A stretch of 63,274 nucleotides of DNA, filler included, from Guillardia theta CCMP2712 (taxonomy: Eukaryota > Protista > Cryptophyta), in assembly GCF_000315625.1 (NCBI RefSeq). It is 5 parts of 5 records of this genome, joined end to end, with 100 filler letters (N's around TTAATTAATTAA, not from the genome) between each part and the next. Parts side by side here need not be neighbours in the genome. Positions count along the whole stretch, not along the records: positions 1 to 16,998 come from NW_005434658.1; 4 more parts are not named here. One strand, given 5' to 3'. The notes under the pieces were generated by a model that saw only the letters and a program-made list of their open reading frames with translations, did no database searches and was not told where the DNA came from. Positions 1 to 12,960 of the stretch are shown here, piece by piece; position 1 is the stretch's first letter; every line of letters starts with the position of its first letter. The position numbers were made by a program, and so were the translations under genes.

Positions 1-259
1 GCTGCTGCTGCTGCTGCCCGCTGCTGCTGCTGCCCGCTGCTGCTCCTGCCCGCTGCTGCTGCTGCCCGCTGCTGCTGCTGCTGCTGCTGCCCGCTGCTGC
101 CCCTGCTGCTGCTGCCCCTGCTGCTGCTGCTCCTTCTCCTGCTCCTCCTCCTGCTGCTGCTCCTTCTCCTGCTGCTGCTGCTGCTGCTGCTGCCGATGTG
201 CTGCTGCTGCCGATGTGCTGCTGCTGCTGCTCTTTCCCCCTCATCTTGCATATTCTCAG

Positions 260-1789
260 TTCTTCACACAGGTCAAGGGATCGTCCGGCTTCGTCAACCA
301 GCTCATAAGCTCGCAGAGGCAGAGCACCAAGGTCAACCCCTTCACCTGCTCCTGCCCGCTGCTGTTGCTGCCGATGTGCTGGTGCTGGTGTATCCTGATC
401 ATCCTCCTCTCTGCTCCTCCCCCACATCTTGGACTTCATTTCACTGTCTCTTGACCTCTTTTTCTCCGCTCCTCCCCTGTTACAATCTCCTCATCGCCCC
501 CTTCTCCTGCTCTGCTCTGCTCTGCTCTGCTCTCTCCCCTCCTCTGACTGATCTTGCTAGGCTGTCGGCAACCCTCACATGCAGACTCAAGGGAAAGGCG
601 CTGACCTTAACTTCCGCGAAACCCTCGGTAACTCTCCTTTTCTTTCCTCTCCCAACCTCCTCCTCCTTTAGCTCTGTATTCTCCTCCTTTCTTCATCGCT
701 CCCTCCTCTTCTCTTCTCTTCATTCTCCCCCTCTTCCTCCTCCATCATGGCCGCAACTCATCTTCTTCCCTCAGAGCCCTTCTGGTGGTCAGAAAACAAC
801 TACAAGAACTCACAGGTTCCTTCCTCTCTCCCATACACTGAATCCTCTTCCTCCTCTCTTCCCTCCTCCCTTCACTTCTTCTCTCCTCTTCTGTGCTCTC
901 CTCCAGCTCAACCTCTTCTCTTCAGCACTACGACCGTGTCATGGAGGCAAACGCGAAGCGGGAAGCTGCTCAGCTTGGAGGAGGTATCATGCTGATCTTG
1001 AATTGCTCGTTCACTGACTTTCCCCCCTCCTCTCTTTAACAACCTCCCTCCTCCCATTGCTACTCGGGCTCCCTGCTATTCTCTGCCATTCTCCTCCTCC
1101 TCTTCCTCCTCCTCCTCCTCCTCCCCCCGCCCCCAGGCTCCCACAGCTCGACCGTGGGCACCTTCAAGTTCGACGACTACAATGTCCCAAGGTAGACTCC
1201 TTTTCTCGTCCACCTTTTACACTCAATCCTTTCCTCCCTCCCGTCTCTCAGCATCTCCGACCTCCACTGCCTTCTTTCTTCTTCCTCCCCCTCCACTCCT
1301 CCCCCCTCCCGCAGTCTCTTCCTGAACCTTCGCAGGACCTTCGAGCAGAGGTCGGTGCTCAACGGGGAATTTCAGACGCTCTACGGGAAGGGCAAGAGAT
1401 GTACAGTCGAGAAACATTGAAACTTATTATCATGTCAACTCCTACCTACTCCCTCCTCCCTCCCCCCCTCTCCCTCCCTCCCCTTATACTCATAACTTTC
1501 GCTCTTTCCCTCCTCTCTCCTTCTCCCTTCTCCTCCTCCTCCTCCTCCTTCCCAGTCCTCCCCAACTCTCTTTCCTTAGACGAGAACTCTGGAGCCTACT
1601 CGAACCTGGTCCTAAAGACCCGTTTGCTGCAACCCGACCTGATACAAACATTTGCGAAGGGTGTCGAGGGTCCAATCTTGAAAGTTGCATCCTCTGAGAT
1701 CCACAGGTATGCCTTCTCCCCTACCATCCCCTCGAACACACTCTCCTGCCATGGTTCAATCCTTTGCACGTTACAGGGGACCGATTTGA
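260..1789 (+). CDS. Hypothetical multi-exon protein, 5' partial
   Basis: In-frame GT-AG-bounded exons (FFTQVKGSSGFVNQL.., AVGNPHMQTQG.., EPFWWSENNYK.., HYDRVMEANAK.., TFKFDDYNVP.., ..EIHRGPI*) separated by pyrimidine/CTG-rich introns; no family recognised. Confidence 0.5.
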
Positions 1790-2847
1790 CGTCCCAACAG
1801 GCGCCAGCCCTCTCTCCACTCCTGATCAGACTTGTTCCGAGCTCTCTCAGTAGCCTCGCTGCCTTCTCGTCGCACACAGCTGCCCATATCACCGACTTTG
1901 CAGCATTCCTGATAGAAATCGTGTGGCGCGGGTAGAACCTCCCGCCATTGACCTCGGTTGGCTCTGCTTGCGACAGAATGAACCATTGCTCCCTTTCTGT
2001 TGTCATCTGATTCATCTTCCTGGTTATTTGATTCATCTCAGCCATGATCTCCTCCTCCTCCTCCTCCTCCTCCTCCTCCTCCTCCTCCTCCTCCTCCTCC
2101 ATGTCCATCTCCATCGCCATCTCCATCTCACTCAATTGCGACCACCGGGGCCCGGATACTTTTGCGGATACTTTTGCGGATACTGAGTTTTTACGATAAT
2201 CAAAAAAGAACATTTGCAAATAAAGTCAACGATCACCNNNNNNNNNNNNNNNNNNNNNNNNNNNNNNNNNNNNNNNNNNNNNNNNNNNNNNNNNNNNNNN
2301 NNNNNNNNNNNNNNNNNNNNNNNNNNNNNNNNNNNNNGAGGAGGAGGAGGAGTGGGAAGTGACATAGTGCGTGTTCTGCACTGAAGGACAAGCTGAACTG
2401 AAACGACACGGAGATGTGGAGGAAGGAGACAGGACGACGAGAGCCGATGGGCATACGGATGACCAGAGAGAGGGGAGGAGGAGACCATGAGGACTGAAAG
2501 ATGAAGGAGGAGCACGACAGAGGCATGGGAGCACATGGAGCAGAGAACGAGCCAGGCCCTTCACTTGGAGGACGGCGAAGCAGACCATTGTTCTGGAGAG
2601 AACCTGAAGATGGCAGCGGCGATGCTGATCGCAGCTCGTCCTGGTCCCATGAGCCCAAGACGAGACCGCAGGCATCATGCAGATCTTTACTGTCAAGACG
2701 AAGAGGGATGGGGAGGAGTTTGCCGATGGTTCCCTGGCTGTGCCTGATGCTCGTTGGCGGGTCTGACCTTGGACTGCTGCATGCTCCTTCCCTGCCTCGT
2801 CTCCACCTGGCGGTGTCGGCTCATGCAGGGTTGGTCCCGCGCGCGCC

Positions 2848-5800
2848 ATGTCGGAGAGTCTTGTTCCTGAGGGCGGAGACTCCTCCTCAGAGGATTTCAG
2901 CCTGAGTGACTACGAGGAGAGGAGGCCGGGGCAATCGTCATGGGACGAATCGGATGAGAAGATGCAGGAGGAGTCGAGCTCTTCCACATCGTCGAGGACG
3001 AACGTGACCACGACCAAGGACCAGGTGCGGTAGAGCATGCGACCTGTCTCGTTCACCTGCTCCTGCCGTCTGATTTCTTTCCTTGCAGAAGCAGCCAGTC
3101 ATGTGAGGGCTGAGAGTGAAGGAAGGGCATTGCGTGCTGATGCTGACGAGAGTTTGGTGCAGGGAGCAGCCAGTGAAGGAACTGCCACCAGCACAAGCTC
3201 CGACGCCGAAGGAGCAAGGAACGCAGACGGTAGTCGCTGGTGTTGCTGTGCCGGCGATGACTGGGGATCGGCAGGTCGTGCAGGACCAGGGGGAGTTTCT
3301 ATGGCAGAGGAGGGGAAGGCAGAAGGAGAAGAAGCTAGACGATCTGATGATGGAGTCCTCCCTCTACGAGTCCGAGGCCAAGACTTACGAGAACGAGGCC
3401 ATCCGCCCCGATATGTCCAACGCCAGCGATGTCTTCAACATCAACGAGTACGCCGGCAAGTCGCTGGTGACTGACATGCGCGCTGTCAAGTCGCTCGACT
3501 CCTACCAGACTGAACTGCTGGCGAGGACTAAGTACCCGGGCAAGCAGAGGCAGGACGCTATCCTCGACGATCTTATGATTGAGTCCTCCTCCGAGCCCCA
3601 GGGCCATCCAAAGGAGAGGGAGGAGGAGGAGGCGGTCGAGGCTGAGGGCATGGAGCCATCGCACGCTGCTGCTCCTTCGAGCGAGTCCTCTATCCAGCTG
3701 CAGAGGAAGGAGGGGCACCCGCAGACTCAAGAGGAGGAGTACAGCGACGACATCGGGGGGGCGGGGATAGTCGTTCGTCCTATGTACAACGTGCTCTTGG
3801 AAGAAGCGAGGAAGAAGAAGGCAAAGAGGTCAAGGTCGAAGCACAAGAGCGAGGAGGTGGTGCAGGAGGACCTGGCGATTCAGTACTTCGAGCCGATCCC
3901 CAAGGGGAAGGTAGGCAGTACCGCTCTTCCAGCATGCTGATCTTAAGCCCTAATGTCCTGCTTCTCGAGCAGGTGCGGCTGCCGGACGGGAGGCTGCAGA
4001 CGTACTTCTGCCCGTACCTCGAGAGCGGATACAGCGACATGCTCACTGAAGAGATGGTGGAGCAAATTGTTACGGAGAAGAACGAGACTTCGGGTGGGAG
4101 GCTCAGATGGTAACGGCATGTTCCTGTTCGCTGCTGGTGCTGGTGCTGGTGCTGGTGCTGGTGCTGGTGCTGGTGCTGGTGCTGGTGCTGGTGCTGCCTT
4201 TGCTGTTGTATTGCTGCTGCTGCTGCTGCTTTTCCTTCTCGTCCCCGTCCCCGTCCCCGTCCCCGTCCCCGTGCTCGTGCTCACACCCGCCCTTGTCCTC
4301 GTCTTCCTCGACCTGCTGCTGCTTACTCATCGTCTTCTGCAGCTACTCCATTAGCGACATCGCACGCAAGATCACAGACGCTGCGGTTTCGCAAGGGCTC
4401 ATCGCCTCCTCCAAGTCTTTGCACTATGATCGATTCTTCAACACCATGAAAAAGGTACTGGTGCTGGTGCTGGTGCTGGTGCTGGTGCTTGTGCTGTTTG
4501 TAGTGGTTGTGGTGCTGTTGCTGGTGGTGCTGGTGTCACTTCTATGGGTGCTGCTAGTGCTAGTGTTGCTGGTGCTACTTGTCAAGCTGTCTGTGTTTGC
4601 TCACGAACAAGCTCATGGTTGAAGTACCAGCAGTGATGTTCGTTGCATCTGACTCGTGATTGCTCCTCCTCCACATTTCCTTGTTGCCATTAACTTTTCC
4701 CCTCCAACCTCAGGTCACTGAGAAGGTTTTCGACGACGCCAAGAGGATTGGGTGCCTTCCTCGTGCTGCTCCGCTCAAGAAGCTCCTCGAAGCGTTTCAA
4801 GCTCATCTGTATATCGATGGCGACAAGTTCGCCTACGGGCATTCCAAGGAGGTGCGGGGAGAGAGAGGAGGGGAGAGGAAGTGAGGATGGGGTGGGGGCA
4901 GGGAGAGGAGGGAGCGGGGGGAGGAAGAGATAGGGAAAAGGCAGGCAGAGTAGGGAGGAAAGGAGGGACGGAGGGACGGAGTGAAGGAGGGACTGGGGCA
5001 GGAGGGAGGAAGAGAATTTGGGACGTGTGGGTGTGTGGGAGGTGCAAGATATGAGGAGAGTGGTTCAGAGAGGAGGGGAAAAGAGGGAGAGGTGGCAGCA
5101 GCTTTGGGAGAAGTAGAGATTGAGGCTCGTTCTGACGTGCTTCCTGCTTGATTCTTCTCTGCCTCCCCACTCTCTAACTTCTCCCCTCCTTCTCCTCCTC
5201 CTCCTCACTCGCTGTCTCCTCTCCTCCTCCTCCTCCTCTTCCGCTGACTCTTGTTCCTCCTCTTCAGTGGGCGGCTGAGTTCTTCACCGACGAGGAGCGG
5301 CAGTGTATCCTCGACAATCTACTCCGATTCGCCCACAACGCATCCGGCGTGCGCGTGCGAGGGATTGACGCGCCGGAGGATGACCCGACGGCCCTGCCCT
5401 GCCTCCCTGCTGACGTTTCGATGGTGAGGGGGAGGGGGAGCAGCGGGAGCAGCGGGAGGAGGAGGAAGAAGTAGGGAGTGTGGAAGTGTGGGATTGGAAT
5501 GGGGAATAGAGGAACATGACGGTGGTGGTAGTAGTGGTAGTGGTGGTGATGGTGGTGATGATGATGAGGCAAGGAATAGGAGGAGGAGGGAAGGAGGAGG
5601 ACAAGGGAAGTGGGTTGGAGGAAGAGAAAGAGGAGACTGACATGACTTGCAGTTCAAACACGCGTACGAGGACATCAACTATGTCCAGGAAGACGACGAG
5701 CTGCCGCTCCTAGTCAACCAGAGGTGAGAAGCCCGGCTCCTTCACCCCACACGCAGCTGATCGCGAGCAGCAACTACACCGCCGCCCTCGAGGAGCTGAT

Positions 5801-8215
5801 GAAGGATGCGTACGACTTGGAGGTCGAGCATGGTGCGGTGCTGGCGGTAGTTGATGATCCTGTCGCAGTGTGTGGGGCACGAGGAATTTTTAGACTTCGT
5901 GTTTCAGCCCGAGGGCACGAGCGAGAAGGTAGTGCATCAAGGGGGAGGGAAGAAAACTGTGAGTAGCAGCGACCGCTGTGGGCGCAAGGAATTGACAGGA
6001 TGGCGGTCCAGGCGACTTCCAAGGAAGAGGGGAAGGGGAAAGAGAAGGGAAAGGGAGAGGGAGAAGGAGCAGGGGAGAGGGAGGGAGAGGGAGATTTGTC
6101 GGAGGACGAGGATTTCTGTGAGTGCTCACTTTCATGCCCCCTCCTCTTTGGCCATGACTAGTCTCCACTCCTCCTCCGTTCCGTCTTCCTCATCGCCCTT
6201 CTTGTTTGTGTGCCCTTCTCCTCCTCCTCGTCCTGTCTCCTCTTCCTTGTTCCTTGTCCTCGTCCTTGTTCTTGTCCTCGTCCTCTGCACTCTCCTTCTC
6301 TCCCCTCCCCCCCCCCCCCCCCCGTCGACCCTGCCCTGAACTCTCTGCATTCTCAGTCTTCGACCTCATGGATCGACTTGGGCTGGGGAACCTCCAGAAG
6401 AAGAATTATTCCGAACTGAAGCTCGATAAGCATGAGAAGACGTGAACTTATCTCAGCTGCTTCCAGCAGAGCCACTCGTACTGACAGACTTGGCAGGAGG
6501 CAGAGGCTAGCAGTCCTGTACAAGTCAGCGGAGAAGCAGCTGTATCAGCAAGAGCTGGTAAGGGAACAGCACTTGTCCCGTGGGTCACAGCATGAGCAGG
6601 AGGACATAGAGGTCTTGCAGGCCTGCCTGAAGGAGGAGCTCGATCGTACCGACGACCAGGATGTGGGCCCAGCAGTCTCGTTGCCTCCCGGTGACTTACA
6701 GGATGGCAGGGTGTCAAGGAGAGGAAGGAGGAGGCCGCGAGATCGCACGAGAAGCTGGAAATAATCAAGGTCTCTCCTTCAACTTCCATGACAAACTTCT
6801 CCGCCAGAACCTCCTTCCTCTCGTCCTTGTCCTTGTCCTTGTCCTTGTCCTTGGCCTTGTCCTTGGCCTCGTCCTTGTCCTTGTCCTTGTCCTTGTCCTC
6901 GTCCTTATCCTCGTCCTCGTCCTTATCCTCATCCTCGTCCTTATCCTCGTCCTCGACCTCGTCCACGTCATCCCCTTTCTCATCGTGTCCGTCGCCCATG
7001 TTTTGATCGATATCTTGTTTCAGAATCACATCGAAAGCCTTGAGGTTTCTTGCCAACATGTCTCCATACCTCGTTGACCTCTGTCTCAGCTGTCATCATA
7101 CGTCTCTGAATCTCAGGTCAGCCTTCCAACTCCTCTCTCAACTTTTGAAATCTGCTCGCAGAATTCCTCCCTCGACTTCCAATCTTTCTACGACTCGCAA
7201 GAAGGCGTAAGTCTGCACCTTTCGCAGCTCCTACCTGTCCTTTAAACTTGGGGCAGCGACACGTTGCCGGGCCCACGTGGGTCTCCCGCAACGACCTGGC
7301 GGAGAACTTCACCTACATCAACATGAGCGGTCAGTCCCTCCTGTTCCTTCTCCTCCTCCTCGTGCTCCTCGTCCTCCTCTTGCTGCTGCTGCTGCTGCTG
7401 CTGCTTCTTCTTCTTCTTCTTCTTCTGCTGCTGCTGCTCCTCTTGCTACATCTGCAGCAGCAGCTGCCCCTGCTGCCCCTGTTGCCCCTGCTGCCCCTGC
7501 TGCTGCTTCTCCTCTCTTCTCCCATTTGTACGTGTTGTCTTGTTTCTTTGCTCTCTTTTCTTCTCTGATCTCTTTATCTCTCTTCTCATTGTCTTCCCTT
7601 TCCTCTTCCTATTCTTTGACCTCTGCCTGCCAGACCTCCTGGACGCCTCTACTGAGGGACGCCTTCGCTCGCGCGCGCCATCGCTGATTTACATGACGGG
7701 AAAGACCCACAAGAGCATCTTGATCAAGAAGCTCACAAGCACCTGGCACGCGTGAGTGCAACATGGTGAAGAGGGGAGGTGGATGATGATGATGATGATA
7801 ATGGAGATGATGATGATGATGATGGAGATGGTGGTGATGGTGGGACTATTTTGACAAGCTGAGTGTCGGGGAGGAGGAGGGTTGGCTTGACAAGTGATGT
7901 TTCCTTTCAGCCCCTGTTGGGATATGATCCATGGAGTTGGTAGTATGTTATACGAGGTAACAACAGTCATGCTAGTTCGTTCCTCCCTCCTTCTCTCTCC
8001 GCCTGCCTGCCTGTTTTTCTGTCTCTCTTCCCTTCCTCTTGCTCCTGGGGGCAGCAAGCAGAAGTCTCCTCCCTCCCTCTTTGCTCACTTCTCTGCCTCC
8101 CCTGCCTTAGGTCTGCATGCTGCGGCACATCCCTTCCGGCATCACCGTCGAGTTCTGTTTCAACTCCCTTGGAGGCTTCAGGTAGGAAAGCTCATGGGAA
8201 TAATATGAACCACTC

Positions 8216-8290
<75 letters not shown>

Positions 8291-9247
8291 CGCTCGCTCG
8301 CTCGCTCGCTCCCTCCCAACTCTCGCTTTCCAACTATCCTCTCCCTCTCGTCTCCAACCTCAATCTCGAACCCCTCCTCCCTCTCCCCCCCCGTTCTCCC
8401 TCCCTCTTCTTGATCTTCTCCTCTCTTCCTTTCTTCTCTGCCTCCCTTCTCCGCTCTCTGCTCCTCCTCCTCACCTCTGACTCGCCTCCTACAGATACTG
8501 CAACGGCAATGACGCACAGCCGCGATACGTCTCGCAGGATATGGTATGTCTTTCTCCTCCTCCTCCGACGGCCTGACAAGCGACCGCAGCGTCTAGAGGA
8601 TGATAAGTTTATCAGCAGGAGGGCATACGAAGAGATCAGAAGGTCACTAGTCTCCTCCTTATCTGAACCCTCCCTCTTACCTTACCCCTCCTCCTATCCT
8701 CACCCCTCCTTTTATCCTGCTCCTCGTTCCCTTCGCTTCTGCTCTACTTCCTGGTCTTGTCTCTTCCTGCTTTTTGCGCTGTGTAGTCTCGTCTTATCGA
8801 TTCCCTATCCTCTTTTGTCTTGTCTTGTCTTGTCTTGTCTTGTCTTGTCCTGTCTTGCCCTGTCCTGTCTTGCCATGTCCTGTCTTGTCTTGTCTTGTCT
8901 TGTCTTGTCTTGTCCTGTCCTGTCTTGTCTTGTCTTGTCCTGTCTTGTCTTGTCTTGTCTTGTCTTGTCTTGTCTTGTCTTGTCTTGTCACCCGCACATC
9001 TCACGTCTCTCCAGGCTCTCCGGTCGCCTCCCTATCATTAACACCTCTGACTTCCTCATTCCCTTCCCGTCCCCGACGCTGCCAAACTTCAGTCCCGATC
9101 CCACAGGGAATTGTTCGAGGTCAACTTAAACTTTCCTTCTCCTTTCCACCCTTGCCGCGCCATTGCCTCAGTCCCTCCTCTCTCGACTTGCTACCCACCC
9201 CAGCTCCTGCTCCTCCAGCTCCAGCTCATAGTTACCCACTGTTTGCT

Positions 9248-9301
<54 letters not shown>

Positions 9302-9803
9302 CCTCCTACCTCAGCATGACGCGCGGCTCCTAGGAGTACCTCACGGTGCAGGACTGGCGGTCGGACATGGCGGGCGAGGCTATCAAGATCCAGCACCAGA
9401 CCAGCACGAGCCCCCGACAGGTCAGAGTCAGCTGGGAAGGGAGGCGGCGGGCGGTGGTGTGACGAGAGCGCAGGGAGTGTACCTGACTCCGATGGGCTTT
9501 CTCTTCATCGGGACCGAAGGGGCCATGATCGTGGACGAGAGGGGTCGGACGTCTCCCCTGCTGCTGCTGCTGCTGCTCCTCCTCCTCCTCCTCCTCCTCC
9601 TCCTCCTCCTCCTCCTCCTCCTCCTCCTGCATTTTATTGACCTGCTTGCCTGCCATGCATCCTCCTTGGTCTCCACCTACAACCTCATGATCGAACCAGT
9701 ATTCAATCACTGCCCACCATCATCACTCTTTCATCCTCCTCGTCGCTCGTGCGTTAGGACATGCCCTCTTACTCCCTTGCTGGCTCAGGGGACCTCGGAG
9801 TGA
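2848..9803 (+). CDS. Large multi-exon hypothetical protein (acidic N-terminus); boundaries approximate
   Basis: More than 20 exons join in frame, including a 14-nt micro-exon (3089-3102) and a long exon (~3161-3910); peptides such as VRLPDGRLQTYFCPYLESGY, WAAEFFTDEERQCILDNLLRF and VCMLRHIPSGITVEFCFN; the 3' exons are less certain. Confidence 0.55.
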
Positions 9804-9991
9804 GCATGGAGGAGGCGATTGGGGTGGTGGCGATGTGGAATGCAAACCGCCTTTTAGAGCTCAACCTTCATTAAGTATAGCATGCAAAAACTTTCAAAGT
9901 AACAAGTCACCATGTACAAGTCTCACAGAACCTCACTTCACAACATCTCACTTCACTACCGTCGTCACACATCCTCGTCCTCTACACGCCC

Positions 9992-12080
9992 TCACATCCT
10001 CTCGTACGAAGCCTGTTCGCGGCCCTCCGCAAACTGCCTCATCAGCTCCTCGTTGGTCTGCAGCCACCAGCGGCACCCTCCCCCTCCTGCTTGCTGTCTG
10101 CTGCATCCATCTCTGAGCTCCTCCTCCTGCCGTATGATGTACTCCCCCACCACCTTCTTAACGTAGTGCACCTCCAAGGAGGACAGCACAGTCCCCCACC
10201 TGTGCACTCGTGCTCCCTGATGGATCTCAAGCTCGCTCAGCAGCTCGTCGTTCCGCTGCATCCCCGAGCTCTGCCTCACTGCCTGCACGTCCCTCAGCTG
10301 CATCGCCCTCGTCCGGCACGCCAGCCCGAAGAGGGTGGAGCTGATCTCAAGGATCCCCGGCCCGACCTTGAGGTCGATGTCTTCGTAGAGAGGACGGAGC
10401 GAGTCACGGAACAGGTGGCTGCCTACCAGCCAGAAAGGGGCGGAGCACATGATGAAGGGGAGGGGAGCGTTGACCTTGCACGCTGTCCGCGTCCACAGCC
10501 AGACGACGCCGAGGATGATGAGGGAGATCCCGAAGCGGTCGAAGTGAAAGTCGAAGAGGTTGGCTGCTGGCACCTTCACCGAGAGCTGGTGCTCGGAGCA
10601 TGAGGAGACCTCCAGGATCTGAAGCCGGCTCCCCTTGGGCACCGGATACTCCATGACAGCTGAACTCTCCGCCATCGACTTGTCGTTGGGGCAGTTCATC
10701 CAATCGTACTGCGACAGCTCGTGCAAGCCCAGGGCGTAGAAGACGGTTGCAAGGAGCAGAAACAGAATCGAAGAATTCTGCACAAGAACGTCTGCCAACC
10801 ACAACAAGTTGTATCCCAAGACCCCTCCCGGCTGCAAGTGAGCTGTTCCAGCCAACGCATCTCCCAATCGAGATTCTACTGGAGGCACGTCGCACCTGCT
10901 AGACCATCCGTACGGCACGTAGTCTGCATGCTCAGCCAGCCATGCAGCAACCTCTCTCCTCTTGTCCCAGTTGACGTAGACAGTCTCCGTCGGCAGGTCG
11001 ATGTTCGTGAGAGGGTCTCGGGGCCTCGTGCCAGGGGTTCTGTTCCGCCAGAAACTTTGGATGGCGCTGCGCTCGTAGGTGTTGCCAGATCCAGGCACGA
11101 AGACAGGATCTCGGTACATCACTCCCATGATAGGGCAGCAGAGCTGGTAAGGCTCCTCTACGTTGTTGTACACGGACAGGAGCGTCTCGACCTGCTCCGT
11201 TGTGGGCCTCAAGTGAACATCGACGCTCAACAGCCTCTTGATGATCAGCCCGAAGCAGCTTGAGAACAAGTAGATCTTGCCCAACAAATTGTCCCTCAGC
11301 TCAACCTGACCATTGACAACCTTCCAGAACGATTCCTTGCAGACCTCCAACAGTATCATCTCAAGATACACGCACCCCATAGCCCAAACATCGTCGTGGA
11401 ACGATGCTTTCCCGTCTTGGAATCTCTCTGGGCTACAGTAGACCATGCTTGCTTCCGGAGGGCAGAGCTCGCTAGAGAGCTGCATGTCACAGACATGCAG
11501 GTGACAATCCTCCGCCACCAGCACGTTGCTGGGTTTCAGGTTTCCGTGCGGGGTGCCCATCTTGTGGAGATATTTGAGGGCTGAAGTGAGCTGATCCGCT
11601 AACACCATGACATTCTTCCTCGACAAATCATTCTCTTCGCATATCAGCTGCTCCAGCGTCTTTGCTTTCGAAAACTCTTTGACCAGGATCCAATACATTG
11701 TGTTGTGGAAGCTCTCTCGCACCCGAATTATGTTTGGATGCCTCAATTCCTTGAGCAACCCGACCTACAAGAAGAATCACTCCTGCGAATAGCAAGCAGC
11801 AGTCATCAAACACCATTCTATTCAGGTCTTCAAGATGAATGTTCTTCTCTTCAAGGAATTCCAATGAGTATCGCTTCTCAACACATCGCCTTCCATCTCT
11901 GTTTGTGACGACGAGGCTTCTGCAATGCTTGCTGTTCGATATCTGAAGGAGCAACATCAGGATCGAAAATCAATGGACATCATTGCTTTTCACCATTCGT
12001 TCATCTTCCAGTTCTTGACACCACTCATCCCTGTTGCTGGATATTGAGTCCATGCTACACAACGAAGCGTCTTCCTTCAT
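9992..12080 (-). CDS. Protein (pseudo)kinase - U-box - transmembrane domain fusion protein
   Basis: ATG at 12080, two short introns, then a long exon. Kinase motifs LRHPNII, HGNLKPSNVL, YCSPE, DVWAMGC, RPT; U-box CPIMGVMYRDPV..GNTYERSAIQ..DPLTN; three hydrophobic segments. Confidence 0.85.
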
Positions 12081-12925
12081 TCTCGTGACCTCAAATCATG
12101 CGCTGCGCAACAAGTCAACTCTTCCTTCTACAAGGCATATCAAAATTTTCTACTCTCATTCAGTGTAACTACTTGGTTTATCTTGGTCCACTTCATTCGC
12201 CTTCATCGCCTCCGCCCCGTCTACCTATTCCCCCCCCTTCCATGTCCACCTGCTCCGCCCTGAGCCATCAGCACGTGGTCTTGCCTTGCCTTTCTCTGCC
12301 TCCCTCCTCTACTCCTCTCCTCTTCCCTCCTCTACTCCTCTCCCGTCATTGCATCGCACCTCACTCCGTCTTGTTCTTGTCTCCCTCATCTACCCGTCTT
12401 TGTCGCATTCCCAACTTGCCCCTACCCTACCCCTAGATTACCACACATCAGGGATACCCCACCCCTTCCTGCTAGAACATCTATGACCCTACCCCCTCTG
12501 AACAACCCCTATCACTCTATACCATGGAATAGCTACCCCTCATCAGAGGACTTACACAAGCCCCGACTACCCACTCAATCATGTCCACCCCATCGCAACA
12601 TTCGATTCAGTCCTCCCCACCCTTTGGATCTTTTCATATAACCCCACCCTCCTGAAATTATTACCCCTTACTACTAGAACCGAGTCACCCCACCTCTGCT
12701 ATGACATCAACGACCCTACCATTCGTCCCACATGCTTGCTCAAAGCGCTACCCCACCCTCCCTGGTCGTATCTCAACATGACCCTACTCTCCCGGCCTCT
12801 GAAGTGGGGAAGTAATAGAGGTATAGAGGGGTACTCTGTGCGAAGAGGGTCAGGTGGGGGTAGTGCTCCTGTGCAGTTGTTCAGGGTGCATTTTTCCGTG
12901 TCAGGAACACATTGCTCTAGTACGG

Positions 12926-12960
12926 TAGGGTAGGGTAGGGTAGGGTAGGGTAGGGTAGGG
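12926..12960 (+). repeat. (TAGGG)7 microsatellite, G-quadruplex-capable, in a TACCC-rich intergenic region
   Basis: Read directly from the sequence. Confidence 0.9.

Noticed and set aside
2153-2184. 12-bp tandem repeat CGGATACTTTTG next to a gap as a transposon end
   Set aside because: No partner terminus or TSD visible; context lost in the gap.
8111-8180. LRHIPSGITVE resembling a peptide-release-factor motif
   Set aside because: No GGQ motif or other release-factor context nearby.
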